Assembly: GCA_903911145.1 (NCBI GenBank)
Contig: CAIWCD010000006.1
Span: 1-51,695 of the forward strand
Direction of reading: 5' to 3'
Source of the DNA: an uncultured delta proteobacterium
GTDB taxonomy: Bacteria > Myxococcota > Myxococcia > Myxococcales > 40CM-4-68-19
Length of the DNA: 51,695 nt
Made by a program: the position numbers and the translations under genes. Positions 40,798 to 51,695 of the stretch are shown here, piece by piece. Position 1 is the first letter of the stretch. Every line of letters starts with the position of its first letter. Under the pieces are notes generated by a model. The model was not told the origin of the DNA, searched no databases, and saw nothing but the letters and a program-made list of their open reading frames with translations.

Positions 40798-41215
40798 GCT
40801 CGCTCCAGCCGAGGAGTTGCTCGAGTCGGGCAACGACCAGATTCCCCGCGGGCAGGAAGGCCGCGAACCCCACGGTCATGAGCAACGTGAAGTTGCGCTC
40901 GCCGAACCATTGATCGAGCAGGTTTCCCGGATGAGCGATCGAACTCCCGATCGCGTAGCCGGGGATCTCGATGAGAGCGAGACAGAGCATCCCCCAGACG
41001 AACTGGTCGGCGGGCCCGAACCGCCTGACTGCGAGCGACCACGGCACGAGGTAGAGCACGTAGCAGGTGAGCACCTGCCAGTCGTGGCGGAACTCGGCGA
41101 TGTGCCAATGCTGGCCCAACCGCTGGTTCATCAGACCGACCGTCGCGTAGAGGATCGCATAGAGGATCCAGGTGCGCAGCGGTGTCTCTCTCCAGCGGCT
41201 CAGCAGCGTATCCAT
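40745..41215 (-). CDS. Hypothetical membrane protein
   Basis: About 156 aa with four hydrophobic helices. Confidence 0.65.
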   Translation of the reverse strand: MDTLLSRWRETPLRTWILYAILYATVGLMNQRLGQHWHIAEFRHDWQVLTCYVLYLVPWSLAVRRFGPADQFVWGMLCLALIEIPGYAIGSSIAHPGNLLDQWFGERNFTLLMTVGFAAFLPAGNLVVARLEQLLGWSEPTRASRGATVQAGGESA

Positions 41216-41396
41216 CGCGGCTCCGTGAGTTCCTGGCGCAGGGAGGCCTGGAGTCTCGAAACCGCGGTTGCTATCACGCGCGAACCCGATCCGGACATCG
41301 GGCCAGCGGATGCTGCGACCCCTCGCCACACGCTTCGCTCGCCCGCGATTCATGCGGGCCACAGATCGACTGCGCGGGTTGCGCGTTCTGCTCTCC

Positions 41397-44300
41397 ATGC
41401 GCAATCCGCTTTGCTCCCGAATCCCGATTCGCAGAGACTTCTTGAAGCTCGCTCTTCGCGCGAGCGCGCTGGTCGCGGCCGCCCTGCTCTGCGCCAGCGG
41501 CCCTCTGCGTGCACAGGTCATCTCACCGCTCGGGCCTCTGCTCCGCGTCGCTGCGAGCGAGCAGCCGATCACGATCGGATCTCTCGACGTGCGCGTGCTG
41601 ATCCACGGGCTGCACGCGGAGACAACGCAGACGGTGGTGTTCAACAACCCGAACGGCCGCGTGCTCGAAGGAGAACTCGAGTTTCCGCTCCCCGACGGCG
41701 CCACCGTGGCGGGGTTTGCGCTCGACGTCGATGGGCAACTGATCGATGGCGTGGTGGTCGCAAAGGACAAGGCCCGCATCGTCCTCGAGGCGGAGATTCG
41801 CAAGGGCGTCGATCCGGGTCTCGTCGAGCAGGTGCGCGGCAATCTCTATCGCGCGCGCGTCTACCCAATCCCCGCGCACGGAAGCCGCACGGTTCGCCTC
41901 AAGTGGATCTCCGAACTCGAGAGCCGCCGCGAGGAGGCCGCCTACCATCTTCCGTTGCCGTACGACGCGCCGATCGCGCAGGTCGCGATGCGGGTCGAGG
42001 TGGTGCGCGTGCCTGTGCAGCCCGAGGTCGACGGAGGCTTTGGCAACCTCAAGATGAGGCAGTGGGAGAATCGCTGGCTCGCCGAGGCGAAGTGGGCGGG
42101 CATGGCTCCTGTCCGCGATCTCCTCGTGCGACTGCCCAGGCTGCCCGCTCAGCTCGTCGACCTCGAGCCGGGGCTGGGCGCGGAGAGCTTCTTCTCGGTG
42201 AGCGATCTGCTTCCCGCAGAGCCACTGCCTCGTGATGCTGCGTTGGCGAAGCGCGCGGCTCCTGCACGGATCGCGCTGGCGTGGGATGCCTCGGGAAGCC
42301 GCACTGCCGAGGCCACCGAACGCGAGCTTGGCTTTCTGCAGAAGCTCCTCATCGCCTGGCCGAACACGGCGGTCGATCTCGTTGTGTTCCGCGATCATCC
42401 CGAGCGGCCGGTTTCCTTCGAGGCCGGTGACGCAGGCAGGAAGCTCATCGAGGCGCTGCGCAAGGAGCCGAATGATGGAGGCACCGCGCTCGCACGGCTC
42501 AACCTCACGCGCGCGGTGCTGCCGCACCACGACGATGCGTTCTGGATCGTTGCGAGCGACGGCCTTGCGACGCTCGGCGAAGCGCTGCCACCGCACGGCG
42601 ATGTTCCGATCTGGTCGGTGACCGGCTCGTCGATCGCCGACCGCAATCTTCTGCGCGAGCTCTCGAACAACGGCGGCGGCGAGCTGCTCGATCTCGTCGC
42701 GCTCGATGCAGCAGCGGCGACCCGAGCACTCGCATTTCCGCGCCCACGGCTACTGCGCGCGATCGCCACTCCTTCGAGCGCAGTGGCCGATCTGATGATC
42801 TCGCAGCGGTCCGATCGCGAGCGGGTCACGATCAGCGGGCGCATGCTCACTGCCGACGCGGAGCTCACGCTGGAGTTCGGCGGCAATGAATCAGAGAGCG
42901 CAACACGGGTCATCAAGCTCGCGCGATCAGCTGCCGCGCCTGCGGGAGATGGGCCGGGACCGGTCGCGATCGCCTGGGCGCAGGGGCGTGCAGAGTCGTT
43001 GGCCGTCTTCGCGGAGCGCAACGCGCCTGAGCTGCTCGCGCTCGGGCAACGCTTTGGCCTCGTCACCGCAGGCACGTCGCTGCTCGTTCTCGACACACTC
43101 GAGCAGCATCTGCAGCACTCGGTCGAGCCGGCCGCTTCGAGGCCCGCGATGCGCCAGCAGTACTTCGCGCAGATCGGCGATCGAGAGAAGGAGAAGCAAC
43201 GGCTGGTCAAGGATCACCTCGACGAGGTTGCGCAACTCTGGCAGGCGCGCGTCGACTGGTGGAACACCGCGCACAACGTCGAGCCGGGCTGGCGCTGGAA
43301 GGAAGAGCGCGAGGAGCGAGGAGACTGGGCGCCGAGGGTGCTCAACGATGCCGCCGCGGACGGCTCGGTTGCACTCGGCTCAATCTCGGCTGGTGCAGGG
43401 GCTGGCGCACGCGCGGTCTCGCGGCCGCCATCCCCTGCACCAGCAGCCGCGGCTTCGATGAGGATGCAGGAACGGTTCGACGTCGTGAGCGAATCTGCGC
43501 CCGCAGCGAGTCGCGCGATGGCGAAGAAGTTCATGAGCGAAGCAGCGCCGAGCACCGAGGCCTCGATCGCCATCGCGCCGTGGGACCCGAAGGTTCCGTA
43601 CCTTGCGATGCTGCGCCAAGCCAGTCCTGGCGCGGCCTACGTCGCATATCTCGCGCAGAAGTCGCGCTACGGCGGACCGGCCTTCTTCCTCGACTGCGCC
43701 GAGTTCCTCATCCGCGCAGGAGAGAAGGAGAAGGGGCTGCGCGTGCTCTCGAACCTCGCCGAGTTGCGCCTCGATGATCCCGCGCTCCTGCGCGTGCTCG
43801 CATGGCGGATGGCGCAGGGGGGCGATTACGATGCGGCCGCGGGGATCCTCGAGAAAGTGCTGCGGCTGCGTCCCGAGGAGCCGCACTCGCGCCGCGATCT
43901 CGCGCTGGTCCTCGCCGATCGTGCCGAGGCCAACAACCAGCCCGCCGACGCCGAGCGCGCGATCGCTCTGCTCTATGAGGTGGTGCAGCAGCGCTGGGAG
44001 CGCTTCCCCGAGATCGAGCTCGTCGCTCTGATGGAACTCAATCGCATCCTCGCCCGCGCCGAGCGCCGCAACTGGAGCGAGCAGATGCACGCAGAGCGGC
44101 TCGACTCACGCCTGATCAAGCTGCTCGATATGGACCTGCGCGTCTCGCTCTCGTGGGATGCCGATCTGACCGACGTCGACCTGCACGTCTTCGAGCCCAC
44201 CGGCGAGCACGCCTTCTATAGCCACAACCGCACCGAGATCGGAGGTCTGGTATCGCGCGATATGACGCAGGGATATGGCCCCGAGGAGTATCTCGTGCGT

Positions 44301-44552
44301 CGCGCGGTGCCGGGCAACTATGCAGTCAAGGTCCATTACTACGGCTCGGGCGCTCAGACGCTGGTTGGGCCGGCGACGATGACCGCGACTGTATTCACCA
44401 ACTGGGGGCGCGCCGACGAGAAGCGGCAGGTGCTCACGCTGCGACTTGATCGTCCAAAGGATATGGAGGCGGTCGGGATCGTGAAGATCGCGGGAGCGGC
44501 CATCACACGCGGCGCAGCCCTGGAGTCAGCGCATTCATCAAAGCAGAGGTAA
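41397..44552 (+). CDS. VIT-domain / vWA-like / TPR / DUF2135 protein with Tat-like signal
   Basis: RRDFLK; VIT motif FNNPNGRVLEGELEFPLPDGATVAGFALDV; WDASGS; C-terminal WDADLTDVDLHVFEPTGE...GYGPEEY. Confidence 0.88.
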   Translation: MRNPLCSRIPIRRDFLKLALRASALVAAALLCASGPLRAQVISPLGPLLRVAASEQPITIGSLDVRVLIHGLHAETTQTVVFNNPNGRVLEGELEFPLPDGATVAGFALDVDGQLIDGVVVAKDKARIVLEAEIRKGVDPGLVEQVRGNLYRARVYPIPAHGSRTVRLKWISELESRREEAAYHLPLPYDAPIAQVAMRVEVVRVPVQPEVDGGFGNLKMRQWENRWLAEAKWAGMAPVRDLLVRLPRLPAQLVDLEPGLGAESFFSVSDLLPAEPLPRDAALAKRAAPARIALAWDASGSRTAEATERELGFLQKLLIAWPNTAVDLVVFRDHPERPVSFEAGDAGRKLIEALRKEPNDGGTALARLNLTRAVLPHHDDAFWIVASDGLATLGEALPPHGDVPIWSVTGSSIADRNLLRELSNNGGGELLDLVALDAAAATRALAFPRPRLLRAIATPSSAVADLMISQRSDRERVTISGRMLTADAELTLEFGGNESESATRVIKLARSAAAPAGDGPGPVAIAWAQGRAESLAVFAERNAPELLALGQRFGLVTAGTSLLVLDTLEQHLQHSVEPAASRPAMRQQYFAQIGDREKEKQRLVKDHLDEVAQLWQARVDWWNTAHNVEPGWRWKEEREERGDWAPRVLNDAAADGSVALGSISAGAGAGARAVSRPPSPAPAAAASMRMQERFDVVSESAPAASRAMAKKFMSEAAPSTEASIAIAPWDPKVPYLAMLRQASPGAAYVAYLAQKSRYGGPAFFLDCAEFLIRAGEKEKGLRVLSNLAELRLDDPALLRVLAWRMAQGGDYDAAAGILEKVLRLRPEEPHSRRDLALVLADRAEANNQPADAERAIALLYEVVQQRWERFPEIELVALMELNRILARAERRNWSEQMHAERLDSRLIKLLDMDLRVSLSWDADLTDVDLHVFEPTGEHAFYSHNRTEIGGLVSRDMTQGYGPEEYLVRRAVPGNYAVKVHYYGSGAQTLVGPATMTATVFTNWGRADEKRQVLTLRLDRPKDMEAVGIVKIAGAAITRGAALESAHSSKQR

Positions 44553-44561
44553 GCTCTGGCG

Positions 44562-44966
44562 ATGAATATCGCAGGGGTACTCTGCATCAAAGACGAGTTG
44601 GATATCGTCGAGCCATTTGTCCGGCACACGCAGCTGATTCGTTCCTATGAGCGCTGGGCGCAGCCAATGGCGGTCGCGGGCGAACCCTTCAATGGACAGT
44701 TTGTCGATGAGCCGATTGAGTATCTTGGTGGGCCGCTTCGATATACCGCAGCGCCCGGAGGCGAGCTGGCCCGGGCCGCAAAGACGCTGCTCGTTCTGGC
44801 CGAGTCGATGGCCCTGGCGCACGCAGCGCGGTCAGAGGAACTGGAAGCCGTTCGAGGAGAGTTCGAGGAATCCAAGGCAGCGGCGCAAACCGAGCGGGAG
44901 CAGTTGCAGGCGGCTCTTGATGTGATGGCGAGCTCGAGCGCAGAAGATGCTCCAGCTCGGTTCTAG
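44562..44966 (+). pseudogene. Probable internally deleted glycosyltransferase-2-like gene
   Basis: Starts like GT2_4 proteins (CIKDELDIVEPFVRH) but goes straight into a PLRYT/coiled-coil tail; only 134 aa. Confidence 0.45.
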
Positions 44967-45268
44967 AAAACAGATCGTCGATCAAACAAAGGCGGCAGTT
45001 AACGCAACCCAGGCCGCATGGATCCTCCGACTGGGCCTCGCCGATATCTACACGCACGATGGGCCCGCCGAGCAGCTGCTTCCTGCAGCGCGGGCCCGAT
45101 TCGCAGCGCGCATCCCGGACGCCCAGGCCCAGTTCGCCAGGAAGCGATACGCGCGACACGCGCCCGGGGTTCAACGAGCGATGGGTCTCGACTGAACTCG
45201 CCCAGGGCGCTTTCCTCTGGGAGCGGGTGGCCCCTAGACAATAGAGCGCCGCACTCCATGCCGAGCGA

Positions 45269-46090
45269 TTACGGCAATTCGACTCGCTCGACCAGTTGCC
45301 ACGGCTGACCGGGATATTGCGTGCGCTCGATCGTCCACGCCAGGCGGCCATGGTCGTCGCGTCGCAGCGTCGCGCGACCCTTGACTGGCGGCGCATAAGC
45401 ACCGGGCGGCCCTCCAGGACCAACCGGCCCCGATATGGGCCCCGATATGGGTCCTGATATCGGCTCTGATATCGGCCTCGCACTCGGACCTGGCGCGCCC
45501 GCGTCTACCGGCATCGCGACCAGTTGCGCATCGGTGACACGCGGCCGATAGACCCAGGGGATACGAACAAGCGTCAATGTGAAGGGAGACAAGTGCAGTC
45601 CTGCGCCATCGCGCTCGAACCCCGGACCGGGTTGGCCGCCGCCAATCGGCTCGAACGGACGCGCGTCGTCACCGGAGAATCCCGCCGGCGCCGCATCCAG
45701 CGCATCGAGCAGATGCACCATGCCGTCGAGGTTGAATCCCGCGTCGTGCGTGGGCGGATGGCGCTTGAGGTAATGCGCCAGCGCGCCGTCTCCGCGCGAG
45801 GACACCGCTCGCCCCGAGTCCCAGACAACTGTCTGCATTGCCCTTGTTCCTGCGCGCAGCGTCTCGGGCACGAATATGACCTGCCACACGTCTGGCAAGA
45901 TCCGGGTGCAACTGCGGACCACCGCGGCGGGCTGCTCAATCAGAATTGCGCCAGCGCGTGCACAATCGAACGGCGCATCGGCGATTGGGTCTGCCATGGA
46001 CATGCTCCCAGAGGGCGCCCAGGCCACCAACCAACAGAAGAGGATCGCCTGGCCGCGGGTCATTGGAGAATGATAGCCGATGACGGGCAA
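45269..46090 (-). CDS. Hypothetical secreted protein with (GPIS)n tandem repeat
   Basis: Signal-like N-terminus; four 12-nt repeats at 45426-45473. Confidence 0.6.
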   Translation of the reverse strand: MPVIGYHSPMTRGQAILFCWLVAWAPSGSMSMADPIADAPFDCARAGAILIEQPAAVVRSCTRILPDVWQVIFVPETLRAGTRAMQTVVWDSGRAVSSRGDGALAHYLKRHPPTHDAGFNLDGMVHLLDALDAAPAGFSGDDARPFEPIGGGQPGPGFERDGAGLHLSPFTLTLVRIPWVYRPRVTDAQLVAMPVDAGAPGPSARPISEPISGPISGPISGPVGPGGPPGAYAPPVKGRATLRRDDHGRLAWTIERTQYPGQPWQLVERVELP

Positions 46091-46283
46091 TCTGAGGTGC
46101 CGCCTGGTGGCCGCAGAGTCCGAATCCCCTAATCAAGGCGTGCAGGCCGATCGTTCTCAAACGTTCGCTGGGCAGTTCTGCTCGCCCGAGAGGCCGGCGC
46201 GCACTCGACGGGACGCGCGCTGGCCAACGGCACAACCCGTGCGGAGTGAAGGCTGGTTCAACCTTCAACGCTCGGAGCAACTC

Positions 46284-48027
46284 GTGGGCAACCCATTGAT
46301 TGGTACACAGCGCAGCGTCTATGCGGCGCTCCTCTATTCGGCCGTACTCGTCGCCTGCGGAGGAGGCACCTCGCCCATCGCTGACGCCGCAGTTTCCGTC
46401 AGCGCAACCAGCCCGGCGAACGCAGCGACGGGCGTCGCGCTCAACAGCGGTCTCTCCGCAACCTTCAACGAACCGCTCGACCCGTCGTCGATCACCGCAG
46501 CGAGCTTTACGCTCCTCTGTGGCACCACACCTGTCGTCGGTGCGGTCTATGCGTCCGGTGTCACCGCGACGTTCCTTCCCTCCCAGCCGTTGGCAGCGAA
46601 CTCAAGCTACACAGCGAGGATCGCGGCCTCAGCAAAGAGCCATTCCGGAATTGCGATGGCAAGCAGCTACAGTTGGACGTTCACCACAGGCACCACTGCA
46701 AACGTCACCGCACCAACCGTCACGTCGACGAGTCCAGCGACCGGCGCGACCTCCGTACCAATCAACACGTCGATCACCGCGACCTTCAGCGAGTCGATGG
46801 CTCCTGCGACACTGGTCACAACAACCTTCCTGCTGGCTGCGGCGGGCTCAGTCGCGATCACGGGAACGGTGACCTACTCAGGATTGACCGCCGTCTTCCA
46901 CCCGGCGGCGGCGCTCCCCAGCAACACGGTATTCACCGCGACGATCACCCAGGCGGCGTCCAACCTCTCCGGCAAGACACTCGCGGCAGAGTTCAACTGG
47001 ACGTTCACCACGGGGATCGCCCCGGACACGACGCCACCGACCGTCTCGTCGACAATTCCAACACCGGATGCAACGGCGATTGCCGCGACAGCAGCGCTCA
47101 GCGCGACCTTCAGCAAATCGATCTCACCCGCCACCATCAACAGCGCGACCTTCACACTCTCAGGGCCGGGCGGTGTCGCAGTGCCGGGCACAGTCTCGTT
47201 TGACGCGGCCACAAACGTCGCCACCTTCCAGGCCTCAGCTTCCCTGGCAGCCCACAGTGGATACGTTGCAACCATCCATGGCGCAGCCGGCGGAGTCTCA
47301 GACGTCTCAGGAAATCTGCTCATCAGCGATCATGCCTGGAGCTTCACGACCGGCGGTCGTGTTCTCCTGACTCCGATTCTCCTCGGCTCGAGTGCCAACT
47401 ATGCTGTCCTTGCAAAGACGGCAATCTCGACGGTGCCGGCCTCGAAGATCACCGGCGACATCGCGCTCAGTCCGGCCGCCGCGACGTTCATCACCGGCTT
47501 CTCGCTGGTCGCCGACTCCACCAATGCCTTCTCTACCTCGCCCCAGGTGGTCGGCAAGCTCTACGCGGCTCCCGACTCCAATGACCCTGACCACCGCAAT
47601 CTCAGACATGTTGACTGGGTATACTGATGCCGCCGGCCGACCAACGCCCGACTTTCTCAACCTGGGCACGGGAAACATTGGCGGCCTCACTCTCGCTCCC
47701 GGCCTCTACAAGTGGACGAGCACGGTGACGATGCCCTCAGACGTCACGCTCACCGGAAGCGCCACCGACGTCTGGATCTTCCAGATCTCAGGCGACCTCA
47801 CCATGAGTGCCGCGAAGAACGTCATCCTCAGTGGCGGCGCCATGAGTAAGAATATTTTCTGGCAAGTGGCCGGCACGGCCAGCATCGGCACCAACGCACA
47901 CCTCGAGGGAATCATCCTCTCCCAGACGGCGATCACGCTGCAGACCGGCGCTTCGATGAACGGACGGGCGCTGGCCCAGACGCAGGTCGCGCTGCAGGTC
48001 GCAACCATCACGAGTCCAGCGCCTTGA
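46284..48027 (+). pseudogene. Ice-binding (DUF3494) lipoprotein with three Big_5-like Ig domains, frameshifted near 47570
   Basis: Lipobox LVAC; three SP...ATF(S/N)...W(T/S)FTT repeats; LGSSANYAVLAKTAIS...GKLYAA in one frame and TAISDMLTGYTDAAGR...LAPGLYKW...WIFQI...NIFWQVAG...GRALAQT in another. Confidence 0.85.
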
Positions 48028-48139
48028 CGGGAGCAACGTAGTCACCAACGACGGCTCCGTTTCCACTTGAAGCGAGAGTGGAATCGGAGCACCTTGCTCT
48101 CATGCACTTGCCCTCTGCTCATCACCGCGAGTGCACGCG

Positions 48140-48889
48140 ATGACGGACGAACCGTTCGATCCAATCAGCAGCGCTTCTGCGCTCTTGTTCCCGTCCGGTT
48201 TTTCCAACCTCAGAGGAAATGCCTGGCGCGCAGATCTGAAGGCGGCGTTCCGTCGGCGCGTGTTGGACGCCCACCCGGATCGCGCCCAGGTGCTGGGGAA
48301 GTCTCAGGCGGAACTTCAGCAGGCGTTTCTTGCCATCACCGAAGCCTATCGCCTGCTGGCTTCCTATGGAGAGCCTCCCTGCAGACGAGAACCGACTCGG
48401 CCTGCAACCCCAAAGGGCACTGCCTGCGCGCCACCTTCCGCATGGAGGCCCGCCCGTCCCATGGAGCAGCCGCGCGGCCCTCAATTCCATCGCGGCTCCA
48501 TACCGGAAGGACGACTGCGCCTTGCCGAGTATCTCTACTATTCGGGTCGCATCTCCTGGCGCACGCTCGTGGATGCGATCGCCTGGCAACGCGCACAGCG
48601 ACCGACTCTCGGGCGCATCGCCGTCGACTGGGGACACCTCAACGAACTCGATGTGCGTGAGGTTCTCGCCTCCCGACGGCGCGACAGGGCGCACGGCGTT
48701 CTCTTCGGTGAGCAGGCAGTGCGATGTGGACTGATCACCCCGCGTCAACTGCTCGCGCTCGTCGGTCGCCAGCGTTTTCTTCAGCGCAGGATCGGTGAGT
48801 ACTTTGTAGATTTCGGATTCCTCAGACCGGAGGAGATTCCTGAGATCCGTCTCGCCATCATCAGGCACAACCTCGGCCTGGGCGAGTAG
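48140..48889 (+). CDS. J-domain (DnaJ-like) protein
   Basis: LKAAFRRR...HPD...FLAITEAYRLL; C-terminal repeats resembling MshEN/GSPE-N motifs (LGRIAVDWGHL, IGEYFVDFGFL). Confidence 0.8.
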   Translation: MTDEPFDPISSASALLFPSGFSNLRGNAWRADLKAAFRRRVLDAHPDRAQVLGKSQAELQQAFLAITEAYRLLASYGEPPCRREPTRPATPKGTACAPPSAWRPARPMEQPRGPQFHRGSIPEGRLRLAEYLYYSGRISWRTLVDAIAWQRAQRPTLGRIAVDWGHLNELDVREVLASRRRDRAHGVLFGEQAVRCGLITPRQLLALVGRQRFLQRRIGEYFVDFGFLRPEEIPEIRLAIIRHNLGLGE

Positions 48890-48918
48890 GATGTTGCGCC
48901 GCTGAAGCAACCCAGAGG

Positions 48919-50034
48919 CTATCCGCCGGATCGCTGTGCGGAAGGCGGCAGACTCGCTGCCGAGAGAACCTCTCGCGCAATCCGCTCCAGTGGAAGAACC
49001 TTCTCGACTCCACCGAGTTTGATCGCCTCGTTCGGCATTCCAAAGACCACAGAGGTCGCCTCATCCTGCGCGATCGTATAGGCGCCCGCCTCTTTCATCT
49101 CCGCCATTCCGTGTGCCCCGTCGTCTCCCATGCCAGTCAGGATCACCCCGACGGCATTTCGCCCGGCGTAGCGCGCCACGGAGCGGAAGAGCACATCGAC
49201 AGAGGGGCGGTGCCGCGAGACGAGCGGCCCATCGCGCACCTCTACATAATATCGAGCACCGCTGCGCTTGAGCATCGTGTGTTTGTTTCCGGGCGCAATC
49301 AGCACCCTCCCGCGCACCACCGTGTCACCATCCTCGGCTTCTTTCACTGTCACGGCACAGAGACCATCGAGGCGGGCGGCAAATGCCGCGGTGAACTTCT
49401 CCGGCATGTGCTGCACGATCACCATCCCTGGAGCGTCGCCAGGCAGCGCCTCAAGGAACACGCGCAAGGCTTCCGTACCGCCGGTCGAGGCTCCCACCGC
49501 AACGACCCGTTCGGTCGTCTGGAGCATCGCCTGAGAACGCCCTTTGGCGATCATGACATCGGCGCTCAACTTCGGTTGCACCACCATCCTGGGTGCTGTC
49601 CGTGGGCGGGCGCGCGCTGCGGCCCGGATCGCATCGCAGATGCGTACGCGCGACTCCTCGAGGAAGAGTCGCGTCCCCATCTTCGGCTTCTGAATCACAT
49701 CGACGGCGCCCTGCTCAAGCGCGTGCAGCGTCGATTCGCAATCCTCACCGGCAAGACTGGAACAGATGATCACAGGAAATGGATGCTGGGCCATCAACTT
49801 GGAAAGGAAGGTCAACCCGTCCATCCGCGGCATCTCGATATCGAGCGTGATCACGTCGGGCGCGCGCTCACGGATCCGCTCGGCAGCGATGAACGGATCT
49901 CCCGCGGTTGCGATCACCTCAAGCGCCGGATCGGAATTGATCACCTCCGTAAGCGCCTGCCTGACGATCGCCGAGTCGTCGACAATCAGAACGCCAATCT
50001 TCCGTCCGGTAGCGCCGATGCGCGTCTCGCTCAT
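48919..50034 (-). CDS. cheB: Chemotaxis methylesterase / response regulator
   Basis: [46 protein letters not shown]. Confidence 0.97.
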   Translation of the reverse strand: MSETRIGATGRKIGVLIVDDSAIVRQALTEVINSDPALEVIATAGDPFIAAERIRERAPDVITLDIEMPRMDGLTFLSKLMAQHPFPVIICSSLAGEDCESTLHALEQGAVDVIQKPKMGTRLFLEESRVRICDAIRAAARARPRTAPRMVVQPKLSADVMIAKGRSQAMLQTTERVVAVGASTGGTEALRVFLEALPGDAPGMVIVQHMPEKFTAAFAARLDGLCAVTVKEAEDGDTVVRGRVLIAPGNKHTMLKRSGARYYVEVRDGPLVSRHRPSVDVLFRSVARYAGRNAVGVILTGMGDDGAHGMAEMKEAGAYTIAQDEATSVVFGMPNEAIKLGGVEKVLPLERIAREVLSAASLPPSAQRSGG

Positions 50035-50963
50035 TTGCGCCTCCTCTTCACATCCACCTTGCAATAGACGGTGGGTGCAACCTGGGTCAGCGCGACGTCG
50101 AATCCATTGATGGACTCAGAGTGCCCCAGGAACAGATAGCCGCCAGGAACCAGATTGCTGACGAATCGATCGAGGATCTCAGACTGCAGTCTCCGGCTGA
50201 AGTAGATGAAGACGTTGCGACAGAAAATCGCCTCCAGCGGCGGCCCGAGCGCGTAGTCAGAGTCCATGAGATTGAGACGCCGGAAGCGCACCCGATCCCG
50301 CAGCGTTGGAACCACCCTGACCTGAGGCGTCCCGTCGCGCCGACGCAGCAGATATTTCTGTCTCAGCGCCAGCGGCACGGGCTCCACTGTCACTGCGTCG
50401 TAGGTCGCGGCCCGCGCGCGAGAGAGCATCTCGGTGGAGATATCACTCGCGAGGATCTGGAAACTCAGACCGGGTGACACAAGCGCGGCCTCTGAGAGCA
50501 CCATCGCCAGCGTGAACGGTTCCTCACCGCTGGAGCATGCCGCGCTCCAGATCCGGACCAACCGCTGACCGCCCGATTCGCGAAGCAATGCGGGCAACGC
50601 CTGGGTAGTCAGATAGTCGAAGTGATGTGACTCCCGGAAGAAGTCGGTCTTGTTGGTGCTGATCTCGTCGATCATCAACCGCACTTCTGCTTCGTCACCG
50701 CCGGCCAGAACCCGGTTGGTGTAGTCGGAGAAGTTGTCCAACCCCAGCTGGCGGAGCCGGCGGCGCAGCCGGCCCTCCAGCATGATCTTCTTCCCCGCTG
50801 CCACCTGGATGCCGCAGACACTCTCGATGAACGCGCCAAGGCGGGCGAAGTCCGCATCGGAGATCTGCGCGCCAGTCAGCGGCGCGAGCCAACCCGGGTC
50901 AGGCGGCGACGGGTGCAACGGGCACGCTCTCTGTCGGCGCGGATGAGCTGACGGGGCCAGCAA
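50031..50963 (-). CDS. cheR: Chemotaxis methyltransferase (true start probably near 50900)
   Basis: [41 protein letters not shown]. Confidence 0.95.
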   Translation of the reverse strand: MLAPSAHPRRQRACPLHPSPPDPGWLAPLTGAQISDADFARLGAFIESVCGIQVAAGKKIMLEGRLRRRLRQLGLDNFSDYTNRVLAGGDEAEVRLMIDEISTNKTDFFRESHHFDYLTTQALPALLRESGGQRLVRIWSAACSSGEEPFTLAMVLSEAALVSPGLSFQILASDISTEMLSRARAATYDAVTVEPVPLALRQKYLLRRRDGTPQVRVVPTLRDRVRFRRLNLMDSDYALGPPLEAIFCRNVFIYFSRRLQSEILDRFVSNLVPGGYLFLGHSESINGFDVALTQVAPTVYCKVDVKRRRK

Positions 50964-51426
50964 CGCTCCGAAGTTCGTCCTCCGTGAGCACGCGGTCGAT
51001 GTCGAGGATGATGAGGAACTGCTCTTCCCTTTTTCCGATTCCGCGGATGAAGTCGATGTTCACCCTCGTCCCCATCTTCGGCGGCGGCTCGATGTTCTTC
51101 GCCTCCAGCTCGATCACCTCCTGCACTGAATCGGCAAGAGCTCCCAACACGATCTTCTCTCCGTTCGCCTCCACCTCTGTGATCACCACACAGGTATCGA
51201 TCGTCCGCTCGGTCCGGGCCATCCCGAACTTCAAGCGAAGATCCACCACTGGAACCACACTCCCGCGCAGATTGATCACCCCCCGCATGAAATCAGGAGT
51301 GCGCGGTACCTTGGTCGCCGAGGTGAACTCCAGGACTTCGCGGACCTTGGAGATGTCGACCGCAAACTGCTCCTTGTCGAGCGTGAACGTCAGATACTGA
51401 GACGGCTCGTTGGTGACGGTGGCCAT
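50899..51426 (-). CDS. cheW: Chemotaxis coupling protein
   Basis: QYLTFTL...GVINLRGSVVPVVDLRLKFG. Confidence 0.96.
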   Translation of the reverse strand: MATVTNEPSQYLTFTLDKEQFAVDISKVREVLEFTSATKVPRTPDFMRGVINLRGSVVPVVDLRLKFGMARTERTIDTCVVITEVEANGEKIVLGALADSVQEVIELEAKNIEPPPKMGTRVNIDFIRGIGKREEQFLIILDIDRVLTEDELRSVAGPVSSSAPTESVPVAPVAA

Positions 51427-51434
51427 GTCATCCC

Positions 51435-51695
51435 TCAGTAGGCAGTGAATTCGCGGTCGCCCGCATCCGCATTGCCGAGTTGGATCTGAGGCCCGTTGCC
51501 GTTGCCATTGCTTTCGCCGTTGCTCTTGGCCTTTGTGTTGAACGCAATCTCAGAGGCCGCCTTCAGTTGCCGAGCCGGCGCCTTGAGTTGCTTGCGCGCA
51601 GGCCCAGCGCGGTGCTCTTGCGCGCCCACCTTGAAGAAGCCGATGGTCGACTGCAGTTGCTCTGCCTGGCCCGACAATTCCTGAGACGTAGAGGC
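51435..51695 (-). CDS. Methyl-accepting chemotaxis protein, 3' end (truncated by the window)
   Basis: ASTSQELSGQAEQLQSTIGFFK and a C-terminal pentapeptide-like EFTAY. Confidence 0.85.
   Translation of the reverse strand, partial: ASTSQELSGQAEQLQSTIGFFKVGAQEHRAGPARKQLKAPARQLKAASEIAFNTKAKSNGESNGNGNGPQIQLGNADAGDREFTAY

Overview
High-GC window, most likely from a myxobacterium (Myxococcota). This is inferred from a MYXO-CTERM-type protein, DAG low-complexity linkers and an infC with an ATC start and Ala/Pro tail. A core block (thrS-infC-rpmI-rplT-pheS-pheT-ihfA) lies between tRNA-Pro(GGG) and tRNA-Val(GAC), and each tRNA hosts a related tyrosine-integrase element (about 3331-13764 and 21956-27606). 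Both elements share one backbone: integrase, excisionase-like HTH, RHH-like regulator, a long hairpin with the conserved loop sequence CAACGACGG, a damaged replication-relaxation gene and toxin-antitoxin cargo. In both, the att site lies inside the integrase ORF, so excision would fuse the integrase in frame to a 119-aa tail ending in an HTH domain encoded at the far end of the element. The tRNA-Pro element carries a complete diversity-generating retroelement (DGR): a secreted PEGA/FGE-sulfatase target with its VR, avd, TR and RT. 22 of the 23 TR/VR mismatches fall at TR adenines. The layout is atypical, because the RT is on the opposite strand, convergent with avd-TR and separated from TR by a RelE/ParE TA pair. 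The rest of the window holds an IS256, a GH25 muramidase, many secreted or lipoprotein genes (Ig-like glycoside hydrolase, Cys-repeat protein, VIT protein, frameshifted ice-binding protein) and the end of a chemotaxis operon. All calls come from reading and hand-aligning the sequence; no database searches were run.
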